A stretch of 36,768 nucleotides of DNA, taken from IMG/VR virus record IMGVR_UViG_3300045988_160268, positions 1-36,768 of that record. The stretch is one strand, 5' to 3'. The notes under the pieces are model-generated. The model was given only the letters and a program-made list of their open reading frames with translations, was not told the DNA's origin and made no database searches. The DNA is from a virus. Made by a program: the position numbers and the translations under genes. This document shows, piece by piece, positions 10,901 through 18,432 of this stretch (the stretch's first letter is position 1; the number at the start of each line of letters is the position of its first letter).

Positions 10901-10991
10901 TTTGAGTGTTATTTTCTAATCCTTTTAGTCCTTTTTCAAACCCACTTTTATCTATTTTTGTATCGTAAGTTAAACTTCCCGCTACTGCCAT
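7926..10991 (-). CDS. tape measure protein
   Basis: GSLTYDTKIDKSGFEKGLKGLENNTQSAGTKIKNIVAALG N-terminus, long helical protein with hydrophobic centre. Confidence 0.9.
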   Translation of the reverse strand: MAVAGSLTYDTKIDKSGFEKGLKGLENNTQSAGTKIKNIVAALGITKLISAAFNTINNSLDGAISRVDTLNNFPKVMSNLEISSEESSKAINRLSEGLKGLPTTLDSGALSVQRFTSKNGDVNKSVDLFLALNDAILAGGASSEIQASAIEQISQSYAKGKPDMMEWRSLQTAMPAQIKQIAKAMLGNKEALDKYMKAAEQYSKNNPMSSTGKELVEQMKAVKDGSGDMATALGTALRAGIISMDDFMNTIVELDKNGSEGIKSFAEQAKNSTGGIQTSITNAKTAIVRGVGNIISTVDNALQKTDLKSIGNIISKTGSIAEKALKKIAESISKIDFNQIIKKIESLSTAYIPKLKNILSSTVNILKNVWNWCMKNKAAIEALTKIIISVIAATKTYNCVLLAIKGINIAKNIIGMVSAFVSLIPSIKGAKDAMLLLNMAFDANPIGLAVSAIAGLTIAMISLKNAQTKEQEQAKEFAESMSSMKKSMEEYNASIDETMNNELSHINEVGSLRGELSRLVDENGKVKEGYESRVSFILNELNNALGTEYKMTGNIIQGYKNLQEEIDETINKKKAEIMLNAEEEKYKEAVEKQSDAVENLSTAQENLNNLLKEKNMTLEELEEKYKDSKSKEADRVHNVINAYNDALDTVKNYTNNIKAYEDDYTLYTEGKYDEIENHITNTTKNWSNNSLEELRNGISEQKEALDTYQQIYTNTGNKIAGEQETQAQTNLQNLANELASRTKTIGILSADETSAWQTLAKASTKIYSQELEKMPEITREKIERATGYVADSSLPEGIAGLGSTGSTKYNAMLNLKKPTDEEITNIANSMRMDTTVKKGAEDLADSAKKGFNNNVDGKKWGTDLSDNISSGMTSNASRSKLSSAASTVAGIIGAFLKHSVPKMGPLKDELTYMPDMIDNLVMGIDKNRYKVAKAANNVAKDIKRNFELDRLNNDIIYEMNRAISMETGSINAKASVKSNNSMLNVIQATFSIDGSVDIDGRKAGRILAPEVCRTIKVGGLA

Positions 10992-11068
10992 TATTTTTCC
11001 TTTCTTGTAGACAAAATAAAAACACCTAGATTTCTCTAAGTGTTATGATATCTTTCTAATAATTTTTA

Positions 11069-11269
11069 TTATTTTGTTTTCCAACGATTACCACAATCTT
11101 TACAAAATACTTCATATTTACCTTTTCCACCTGCGAATCCAGCTAAAGCACCAATTCCTCCAGTTAACAATGCTCCACCTACAGCTTTTCCTACTGAAAA
11201 TCCTTTTCTTTTATTTCCTAATACTTCTATATTAGTACTTCCACATTTTGGACACTTCATACTTCCCAT
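11069..11269 (-). CDS. small zinc-ribbon protein with Gly-rich hydrophobic centre
   Basis: MKCPKCGSTNIEV ... FCKDCGNRW flanking GGALLTGGIGALAGFAGG. Confidence 0.7.
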   Translation of the reverse strand: MGSMKCPKCGSTNIEVLGNKRKGFSVGKAVGGALLTGGIGALAGFAGGKGKYEVFCKDCGNRWKTK

Positions 11270-11366
11270 GATACTTCCTCCCTTTTATTTTTATAAAAAG
11301 AGTATAACATTTTTCCCTGTACTTTTGTGTCGAAAAATGTCGAAAGTGAAAATGTTTTATGTTTTA

Positions 11367-11395
11367 TTGCTATTTTCTTTAACTAATAGTATAAT
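11367..11395 (+). promoter_or_regulatory. promoter TTGCTA-N17-TATAAT for the plus-strand small ORF
   Basis: -35 at 11367-11372, -10 at 11390-11395. Confidence 0.6.
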
Positions 11396-11440
11396 AAATT
11401 TGTCATTTTAATTCCTCTAGTCCTGAAATGGAAGGAGGTC

Positions 11441-11524
11441 ATGCTAGTGAAAAAACTTTTTAAAATTTTCGCTAAACTTTATGTTCTAAAAGTTATTCGT
11501 GACATTTTAAAAATGTTTGAATAA
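11441..11524 (+). CDS. 27-aa toxin-like peptide MLVKKLFKIFAKLYVLKVIRDILKMFE (or GTG start at 11447)
   Basis: Strong SD (GGAAGGAGG) just upstream, own promoter, directly followed by a terminator; basic amphipathic/hydrophobic; plus strand within a minus-strand operon. Confidence 0.6.
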   Translation: MLVKKLFKIFAKLYVLKVIRDILKMFE

Positions 11525-11530
11525 TACATA

Positions 11531-11569
11531 AAGAAAATACTAGAGTCTAGTACACTCTAGTATTTTCTT
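11531..11569. terminator. shared (bidirectional) terminator candidate, 15-bp perfect inverted repeat
   Basis: AAGAAAATACTAGAG (11531-11545) - 9 nt - CTCTAGTATTTTCTT (11555-11569). Confidence 0.7.
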
Positions 11570-11672
11570 GTCATTTTTTCACGCTGATGAAAAATTTAAA
11601 ACTTTCGCTAGAAATGAGTAAAGCTTTATAGCTTTGAAATATGATATCTTTTAAGTTATCTCATTTCTTCTT
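11568..11672 (-). ncRNA. candidate antisense antitoxin RNA (RNAII-like), converging on the toxin transcript
   Basis: Starts after perfect consensus promoter TTGACA-N17-TATAAT; runs to the shared inverted repeat; contains complements of two repeats found in the toxin mRNA. Confidence 0.45.
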
Positions 11673-11678
11673 TCTTAT

Positions 11679-11707
11679 TATACTTGAGTTTTTCGATTTT
11701 GTCAATC
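11679..11707 (-). promoter_or_regulatory. perfect consensus sigma70 promoter TTGACA-N17-TATAAT on the minus strand
   Basis: -35 at 11707-11702, -10 at 11684-11679. Confidence 0.75.
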
Positions 11708-12281
11708 ATTTTAATGCTTCATATATTTTGTTCAATCTTTCTTTTTCCTCTACAGTTTTAGGTAATTCCCAATATTTTTTTAATTCCAACATATTTTTAT
11801 CTTTTCCTGAATATGCTCTATATCCTTTTATTTTCACAAATTCCGTATCATCTTTTAATGATTTTAATAATGACTTAAATTTCCACCAATGTACTTTATC
11901 ATAAGCTAAATCAATTTTATATTGTTCATAAAATGCTCCATAAATATATTCATCATCATATTTATACGAATATATTTGTTTATTCGTTCCAGTTTTTCCT
12001 GTTGTTTTATGATAATCATCTCTACCGCATTTATAAAACCAAACTAATTTTTTGCAAGCTTCTTCATACAATTCTAAATTTTGTGATAATTTAAAATAAT
12101 TTTCCAAATAAAAAAAAGCAGGATAAAAATGTCTTAATCCATACTTTATCTTTTCTGAATTGTCAACACTAGTATCCTGCATCTTATTTTCAAAAGATAT
12201 CATATTTCTAAAGTCTACATTTATTTTATATTTTTTTCCTTGTAAAATCACAAAATAAGGTAGCTTATTAAACATAATCAT
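11706..12281 (-). CDS. Gp15-family tail assembly chaperone-like protein
   Basis: FNKLPYFVILQGKKYKINVDFRNMISFE...FYKCGRD, position upstream of tape measure. Confidence 0.7.
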   Translation of the reverse strand: MIMFNKLPYFVILQGKKYKINVDFRNMISFENKMQDTSVDNSEKIKYGLRHFYPAFFYLENYFKLSQNLELYEEACKKLVWFYKCGRDDYHKTTGKTGTNKQIYSYKYDDEYIYGAFYEQYKIDLAYDKVHWWKFKSLLKSLKDDTEFVKIKGYRAYSGKDKNMLELKKYWELPKTVEEKERLNKIYEALK

Positions 12282-12282
12282 A

Positions 12283-12717
12283 TTAATATCTCCTATATTT
12301 TCTGTTCCTTCTATAATTATTATTTCTATTATAATTTCTTCTTATTTCTCTATTTTCTCCATACATATTTTTAGCTCTTTCTACTTGTTTTTCCACTACG
12401 TTATCTATATTATCTATTAACGGATTAGTTGTTGCTTCTATATAGCTTGCATAAACAAAACTTAAAACATTAACCGCTACATCTATAGTCATTTTTTCAT
12501 ATCCATCTGCAACTCTTTTATTATTTATCTTTTCTACTGAACCTTTTCCTAATATTTCTTCTAATTCTTTTTCTGGATTACTGCTTACATTTTTCACATC
12601 TTTTTCTAATATTTTTTTCTTATCTATTTCAAATCTTATACCATATATATCTATTTCTACATTCTCATCTGTTTGCTCATACCCAATTTTCATAATATTT
12701 TTCTTATTCTCTTCCAT
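12283..12717 (-). CDS. tail assembly protein/chaperone
   Basis: Position between tail tube and Gp15-like gene. Confidence 0.5.
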   Translation of the reverse strand: MEENKKNIMKIGYEQTDENVEIDIYGIRFEIDKKKILEKDVKNVSSNPEKELEEILGKGSVEKINNKRVADGYEKMTIDVAVNVLSFVYASYIEATTNPLIDNIDNVVEKQVERAKNMYGENREIRRNYNRNNNYRRNRKYRRY

Positions 12718-12763
12718 TCTCTTACCTTCCTAACATAATTATTTTTAATATCTACCCTTTATT

Positions 12764-13249
12764 TTAAGCATTTTCTGTAAATGTTTTTGTCTTAATGTTG
12801 AATGTACCATAAACAAATTCTCCACCTTTTAAAGAACCTGTTATTTGTTTTTGTTCTCCTGCTGCACCATTACATTCTGATATCTCACAAGTTTGTGTGA
12901 TTTTTCTCGCTTTATATGTATTTTCTTGTGCTTCAACTGGTTGCCATAAATTTACGATATAGTGGTCCATATCTAAATCTGATCCTGATTTTCTTTCATA
13001 GAATAAATTATACATATAATCAAATACTGCATCACCTTTGACCATATCCATTGTAATAGGAAATTCATTTGAAAATCCTGTTACTTTTGTTATTTTTGAC
13101 TTTTGATGTATATATTGTTTATCTTTTTCTGTAGGGTTTGAACTTTCTGTCATTTCTGTTATTACTCCACCCAATACTATTTCATTATTTATTCCAAAAT
13201 AATGTGCTTCATCATATTCCATGACATCTTTTAATTCTTCAACTGCCAT
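12764..13249 (-). CDS. major tail (tube) protein
   Basis: Size, position and C-terminal GGKLKGGEFVYGTFNI-like region. Confidence 0.55.
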   Translation of the reverse strand: MAVEELKDVMEYDEAHYFGINNEIVLGGVITEMTESSNPTEKDKQYIHQKSKITKVTGFSNEFPITMDMVKGDAVFDYMYNLFYERKSGSDLDMDHYIVNLWQPVEAQENTYKARKITQTCEISECNGAAGEQKQITGSLKGGEFVYGTFNIKTKTFTENA

Positions 13250-13251
13250 TT

Positions 13252-13671
13252 TTAAATTCCTCCTCTTACATTAAAATAAAGCTGTAGATAATACGTACTT
13301 ATAGAACCATCTTCATTGGTATCATAAGTTATTGCATTAGCACAGCTTGCTTGTTTTATTGTTCTATTTTTTAATATTGGATATTCTCTTAGTATATTTC
13401 TTTGATCTATCCAATCATTTAAATCATCTAACCAATCTAAATTTTCTAATCTTTGTATATCATCTTCACTATTTGCTTTTAAAAGCAATGCATATTGATA
13501 TTGTCTATACCAGCCTGTATCTGTTATATATTTTAGTGGCAAATTTTCTACTCCACTCCTTTGCAAGGCTAAAGTATCTGTCTCTTCTGGTAGTTCCTCT
13601 GTATGTATCATTTTTGCTATTTTTTTTATTGGTTCATATTTTAACAACCATTCATTTATTGCTTTATCCAT
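13252..13671 (-). CDS. head-tail connector / minor capsid protein
   Basis: DKAINEWLLKYEPI...YYLQLYFNVRGGI; position before tail tube. Confidence 0.5.
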   Translation of the reverse strand: MDKAINEWLLKYEPIKKIAKMIHTEELPEETDTLALQRSGVENLPLKYITDTGWYRQYQYALLLKANSEDDIQRLENLDWLDDLNDWIDQRNILREYPILKNRTIKQASCANAITYDTNEDGSISTYYLQLYFNVRGGI

Positions 13672-14089
13672 TATCTAACCTCCTTGCAAAATTTGCTGTT
13701 TGCATTAATATGCTATCCCTTTTATCAGCTTTCATTCTCTCAAAAGGATGTACACCTCTTAATTTACCACTGTGATATTTTAAATTTTTACTTATTACAA
13801 CTTTCTTTTCTCCTCGTTTTGCCCAAGCTCTTCTACTCTTTACTCCTACCATTACTTTTCCTTCTGCTTGAAATCTAGCATAAGGAACATTTATTATAAC
13901 TTGTTTTCCTCCATTTATGGAATGTACAGAAGCTTCTTGAACACCACTCTTAAACGAAACATATTTTTTTAAGTTATCAGCAGTAGTTTTACCCAGAAAT
14001 TGTTGAACTTTGCCTTTTTCTTCTAATCCTAAATTTCTATATATTGTCTGTAATGGTTTCATACTCAATATCATACTCACTTTAAACAC
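13664..14089 (-). CDS. head-tail joining protein (minor capsid/HK97-gp10-like)
   Basis: Position and overlapping operon structure. Confidence 0.5.
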   Translation of the reverse strand: MFKVSMILSMKPLQTIYRNLGLEEKGKVQQFLGKTTADNLKKYVSFKSGVQEASVHSINGGKQVIINVPYARFQAEGKVMVGVKSRRAWAKRGEKKVVISKNLKYHSGKLRGVHPFERMKADKRDSILMQTANFARRLDNG

Positions 14090-14444
14090 ACCCTAACTTA
14101 ATATGATCTGGTAAATCTTCATCATTAAATATAAATTTGTCTATTGAAGTTATTTTGTGAACATTCTGAGTTCCGTATTTTTTACTCAATTCTGTCAACG
14201 GTACTCTTTCTATTTTATCTTCAATCTTTTTATTCACAACTATATCGCCTTTTTCTGCAAACCACTTATAATTATACTCTTTTACATTAAAAATTCTTAT
14301 GAGTGCATTATCAGCTGAATCTGCCCCATTTCTATTATGGTTCAATATAGATGTATTTCTATAACTAGCCTCTACGACATATCTATCCCATTTATCACCA
14401 TTTTTATGGTATATTGTTATTTCTTGCATTGGAAAATCTTCCAT
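14082..14444 (-). CDS. head closure/minor capsid protein
   Basis: Conserved position; D..Y...GDIVV-type sequence. Confidence 0.45.
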   Translation of the reverse strand: MEDFPMQEITIYHKNGDKWDRYVVEASYRNTSILNHNRNGADSADNALIRIFNVKEYNYKWFAEKGDIVVNKKIEDKIERVPLTELSKKYGTQNVHKITSIDKFIFNDEDLPDHIKLGCV

Positions 14445-14453
14445 AATATCCTC

Positions 14454-14810
14454 CTATAGAAAGCATGTTAGTTCGTCTGGTAGACAAGCAATTATTTCTT
14501 TTTTTGATTTTATATATTCTTCATCTGAAAGTACTTTAAAAGTTTTACTTACTCCATCTATTGAATATGAAATAATTTTTCTGTTTGTACTTTCTTCCTT
14601 TTTATTTATTAAATCAACTAAAGCACAAGCAGTATATTTCAACTGTTCTTGTGCTTCTTTTGGCAAATTATTTGTTTTAATTTCTGTTAGTCTTGTATTA
14701 ACATTATTATCAATTTCTCTGCTTGCTTTTAAAATTAGTGAATTAAAAGAGTCTTCTTGCAATTTTCCTTTATACTCAAGTAAATAATAGCTATAATCTG
14801 CATATTTCAT
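14454..14810 (-). CDS. head-tail adaptor (gp6/connector-like)
   Basis: ADYSYYLLEYKGKL...FNSLILKASREIDNNVNTRL connector-like N-terminus. Confidence 0.55.
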   Translation of the reverse strand: MKYADYSYYLLEYKGKLQEDSFNSLILKASREIDNNVNTRLTEIKTNNLPKEAQEQLKYTACALVDLINKKEESTNRKIISYSIDGVSKTFKVLSDEEYIKSKKEIIACLPDELTCFL

Positions 14811-14822
14811 ATTTATCAGCTC

Positions 14823-15041
14823 CTATTCTTGTGGTAATAAAGTCAACAATACTTCCTTATTAGCTTTTTTGTCATATTCTATTCCCAACTCATCTAGTTT
14901 AGCTTTTAATTCTGCCACTGTTGGTTCTTTAGTCTTTTGTTTTTCTGACTCAAGTTTAGCTAGTTTAGCTTTTAATTCTTTATTTTCCTTTTCTAGGCTT
15001 TTTTCCTTAAAAGAATAACCTATTCCTATTTTTTTTGACAT
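14823..15041 (-). CDS. small HeH/SAP-like domain protein
   Basis: PTVAELKAKLDELGIEYDKKANKEVLLTLL. Confidence 0.6.
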   Translation of the reverse strand: MSKKIGIGYSFKEKSLEKENKELKAKLAKLESEKQKTKEPTVAELKAKLDELGIEYDKKANKEVLLTLLPQE

Positions 15042-15052
15042 CTCTTTACCTC

Positions 15053-15934
15053 CTAAGCTTTATGTGATAAATAAATACCAGCAACTTTATTTTTGTAATA
15101 TTCATTTAATCCATATAATCTATATAACCATTTGTAATTGTCTCCATCTTGGTCTTGATCAGGTGTAAATAATTTCATTTTATTATGCTTTGTGTATTGT
15201 AACAATGCAGGTTTATGAATTATCATGAAGTTTATATCTTTTGCTTCTGCTCCTGCTTTAAATCCACCTTTTCTTTCTCCGTTGGCATCTTTACCGCTTA
15301 ATAGTTCGATTACAGTCTTGAACCTTGCTTGTGGTACAACTTTTATACTTGCAAATTTACTTAGCAATTCTTTTGATTTGTAAGTGTCCATATCTCTAAT
15401 CATTCCTAATAAAACAGATGTTATTCTTAAATGTCTGTTTTCTTCTGGTACTTCGTCATTTGTCATATCGTCCCAAGCTTTTGCAATTGCTTTATAAACT
15501 GCTTCCGCAGTATCATAACTAACTCCTGCTGGCACTTTTGAAATTCCAGGAATAGATGCATATGTAGCATATCTTACAGCGTCAACTTCTGGAATAACTT
15601 TCGTTCTTAAAAATTCAGCTGATAAGTTTCCTAATATAACTCCTCCTGTTTCTTCATTATCTATTACGTCTGTTTTTAACTTTCTTCCTCTTTCATAATT
15701 GAATTTTTTTGTTTCATTTGTTAATGAAACATCCCCATCGATATAACCACTATTTCTGTCATAATCTCCTAATCCATCCATATCTAATACTGGAACAATT
15801 ATTTCATTTGCATTTTTTCCTGCTTGTACTAAAGCTCCGTTTATATCAAAATCACTTGTTGTTGATTCTGATTTATATATTTTGTCTAATAACTCTGGTG
15901 CGTTCTTTTTAAATAATTCTATTGTGTTTGGCAT
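15053..15934 (-). CDS. major capsid protein
   Basis: 293 aa after scaffold; LDKIYKSESTTSDFDINGALVQAGKNANEI... Confidence 0.8.
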   Translation of the reverse strand: MPNTIELFKKNAPELLDKIYKSESTTSDFDINGALVQAGKNANEIIVPVLDMDGLGDYDRNSGYIDGDVSLTNETKKFNYERGRKLKTDVIDNEETGGVILGNLSAEFLRTKVIPEVDAVRYATYASIPGISKVPAGVSYDTAEAVYKAIAKAWDDMTNDEVPEENRHLRITSVLLGMIRDMDTYKSKELLSKFASIKVVPQARFKTVIELLSGKDANGERKGGFKAGAEAKDINFMIIHKPALLQYTKHNKMKLFTPDQDQDGDNYKWLYRLYGLNEYYKNKVAGIYLSHKA

Positions 15935-15950
15935 TTTTCATTCTTCCTTC

Positions 15951-16517
15951 CTATTTTTTATCTTCTTTAATTCCCATAGCTTCTTCTAATTGTTTCAAGC
16001 CATCGTTTTCTGACGATTTACTATGATTTCCACCAAGATTAATTTCTGAGCTTCCATCATCTTCTTCATCAAACAAAAAAGAATACTTTTCCTTGACATC
16101 TTTGATTTGTTCATCGATGCCACTTACTGTGTACTCTCCTTTATCATTTTTTTCATATTTAATTTTGTCTTTGTCTAGTTTGCTATAAACTAAGTCAAAG
16201 TCTTTCGCTCCTTTTATGGAACTTCTTAATGCATTATTCTTTTTAAATTCTTCAACTTCCCTAGAACCTTCGGCTTTTCCTAAATCAAATTGTTCCTTTT
16301 TGATTTGTTCAATATCACCTGTTTCTTTTATTTTGGTATTTAAGTTTTCAATTACTTCTTCTTTTACCTTTAGTTCATTTCTTACTGTTTCTGTTTTTGC
16401 TTTTTCAGTATTAACATCATTTCCATTCTCAGTCATAATGTCATCAATGATATTTTTCTTGATATTCTCCTCCACTTCTAAATCTTTGAATAATCCTTCT
16501 AGAAAACTTCTTTTCAT
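15951..16517 (-). CDS. phage scaffolding protein
   Basis: Highly charged coiled coil directly upstream of capsid gene. Confidence 0.75.
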   Translation of the reverse strand: MKRSFLEGLFKDLEVEENIKKNIIDDIMTENGNDVNTEKAKTETVRNELKVKEEVIENLNTKIKETGDIEQIKKEQFDLGKAEGSREVEEFKKNNALRSSIKGAKDFDLVYSKLDKDKIKYEKNDKGEYTVSGIDEQIKDVKEKYSFLFDEEDDGSSEINLGGNHSKSSENDGLKQLEEAMGIKEDKK

Positions 16518-16721
16518 ATTCTCTCCTCCTACGATTTTCTACGGGTTTTTCTTCCCTTGAATTTGATAATATTTGCTATTTTTAACGTCGTATGCCCAAC
16601 CAACGGTTTCTTTTATGCCTAACCGAAAAAAGGCAATAAAAAGAAGCTCGTCAGCTTCCAATATATATTAAAATATTAATAACTAATTTAATGTATAAAT
16701 CATATTTTTTTTCATATAATA

Positions 16722-16750
16722 TTGATTATTAGCTTAATTTATTGTATAAT
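16722..16750 (+). promoter_or_regulatory. plus-strand promoter candidate TTGATT-N17-TATAAT
   Basis: Located about 22 nt before the strong plus-strand hairpin. Confidence 0.35.
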
Positions 16751-16771
16751 TAAGTTAATAAATATTTATTT

Positions 16772-16815
16772 GAGATTAGTTGTGACACCCTTGTGTTGCA
16801 GTTAATCTCTTTTTT
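16772..16815 (+). terminator. strong plus-strand hairpin plus U-tract abutting the 3' end of the minor capsid gene
   Basis: GAGATTA GT TGTGACAC CCTT GTGTTGCA GT TAATCTC TTTTTT; two wobble pairs exist only on the plus-strand RNA. Confidence 0.7.
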
Positions 16816-18421
16816 ATTTACGTCTATATATTTTTAATATTTGATTGTTTTTCATCAAAATAATTTCATTAACCCAATCTTTATGTTTAGATTCATAAAT
16901 ACCTTGTATCTGTTTTATTGCCTCTGATATTTCCATTTTAGTATTAGAAATATCAAAAATAAAATTGTCTGATTGTTCTTTCTTCTTGTTAATTGCATTA
17001 TATAAAGTGTTTTTACTATTGCCATATATTTCTTTTAAATCATACTTTTTATTTTCTATCATATAATCAGGTGTTTTTATTCCTTCAGGTTTATTTATTC
17101 TTGGAATAATTTTAACAATTCCGCCATATATCTTTCCTATAATTTCAGCAACTTCTTTTTCTCTATTGGATGGTTTCATCAAAACATATTTTCCATCTAC
17201 TGTGTATTTATTTCCTTGAGTATCTTTGTAATATTGTTGCTGTTCAATTTTATATCTTTTTGCTGAATTAAATTGTTCTGTTATATCTCTATGCTTTAAT
17301 TCCTCATTTGCATTAATCTTTGCAATCTTCATTCTTGAGTAATCTTTTTGCAATCCTGTTTCTTTGCAAAATGCTGTTTGTTTCATTTGTAATTGTCTTA
17401 ATTTACTTTTTTGTTTAGACGAATCTATTCCTGCTTTATCCAACGTCTGTATACTACGTTTAATCTTTCTTATATTATTTTCATAACTTCTTTGTATTTG
17501 AGTTGCTTTATAATATGGTACTTGTTTTCCATTTAATGTAACTGTTGTATTTTTAAATTCTTTTAATTCCTTATTATTATAAATTGGTTCGGAAATTCCT
17601 AGTATTATTCCAAAATATGTATGTCTACAGTTGTATTCTTCCCATAAATCAGCTACATCGGACCATAATCCCAAATTATACTTTTCAGCATCTTTTACAT
17701 TTATAGCATATTGTTGTCCTTGAGCTTCGGCATGAGTAGGTCTAGCTCCTAAATGAGCTGTAACTTCATATCCATTGCACCCTAAGCTTTCTTCAATATC
17801 TCTATTTATACTGTTAGCTGTTTCATGTATGCCACTCAATACATTTCTTCTTACTGCAACTTCTAATTGAACATTTCTTCCTAGTTTATCTTTTAATGTT
17901 ATTCCTTGGTCAGCTAATCTTTGTACTGCTATATTGATTGCTGTATTATAATTAAATGCTCCTGTTACAGCTTTCATATATGCCTCATCTATTTCTTTAA
18001 CATAAGCTTGCTGACTTTGAAAAGCTATTGTATTTGTCATATTTTTTAATGTTTTATGCGTTTGTTTTAATCCTTGATTAAGTATTTTATATTGAATTTC
18101 ACTTAATTTAAATGGTTTCCCCCTATATTCATATAATTCTTTATATCCCTGCATATCTTCTTTAGCCATGTTCTCAAATAATAGTTTTAATGCATTCTTA
18201 GTTTCATTTGTTAATGCTAATGTCTTTTCTAAAGCCTCATTAAATATTTCTGTGCCATTTGTTTGTAACAATATTTTCATTTGTTTTTTGCTTACTGATG
18301 TAATATCATTCATCACACTTATTCTACTTATTATATCTGCTGTTATTTCTATATTTAATCTATTATATAGCTCTACAACATCATTAAATTCTATTAAATT
18401 TAAATATTCAGGTGTTAACAT
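16814..18421 (-). CDS. minor capsid protein (phage_min_cap2-like) with C-terminal CdiA-CT/tRNase-like nuclease domain
   Basis: N-terminal minor-capsid features (GIHETANSINRDIEESLGCNG, HLGARPTHAEAQGQ); C-terminus PEGIKTPDYMIENKKYDLKEIYGNSKNTLYNAINKKKEQSDNFIFDIS. Confidence 0.8.
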   Translation of the reverse strand: MLTPEYLNLIEFNDVVELYNRLNIEITADIISRISVMNDITSVSKKQMKILLQTNGTEIFNEALEKTLALTNETKNALKLLFENMAKEDMQGYKELYEYRGKPFKLSEIQYKILNQGLKQTHKTLKNMTNTIAFQSQQAYVKEIDEAYMKAVTGAFNYNTAINIAVQRLADQGITLKDKLGRNVQLEVAVRRNVLSGIHETANSINRDIEESLGCNGYEVTAHLGARPTHAEAQGQQYAINVKDAEKYNLGLWSDVADLWEEYNCRHTYFGIILGISEPIYNNKELKEFKNTTVTLNGKQVPYYKATQIQRSYENNIRKIKRSIQTLDKAGIDSSKQKSKLRQLQMKQTAFCKETGLQKDYSRMKIAKINANEELKHRDITEQFNSAKRYKIEQQQYYKDTQGNKYTVDGKYVLMKPSNREKEVAEIIGKIYGGIVKIIPRINKPEGIKTPDYMIENKKYDLKEIYGNSKNTLYNAINKKKEQSDNFIFDISNTKMEISEAIKQIQGIYESKHKDWVNEIILMKNNQILKIYRRK

Positions 18422-18432
18422 TTAAAGCACCT

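Noticed and set aside
7926-10991. Plus-strand ORFs over structural genes (e.g. 8236-8868, 9766-9978, 10054-10524)
   Set aside because: They are mirror ORFs antisense to the tape measure gene with no RBS or recognisable protein features
16643-16661. CUGACGAG in the minus RNA looked like a hammerhead ribozyme core
   Set aside because: The required stem II and GAAA/cleavage-site arrangement does not form convincingly, and the segment is better explained as a hairpin overlapping a coding-like fragment
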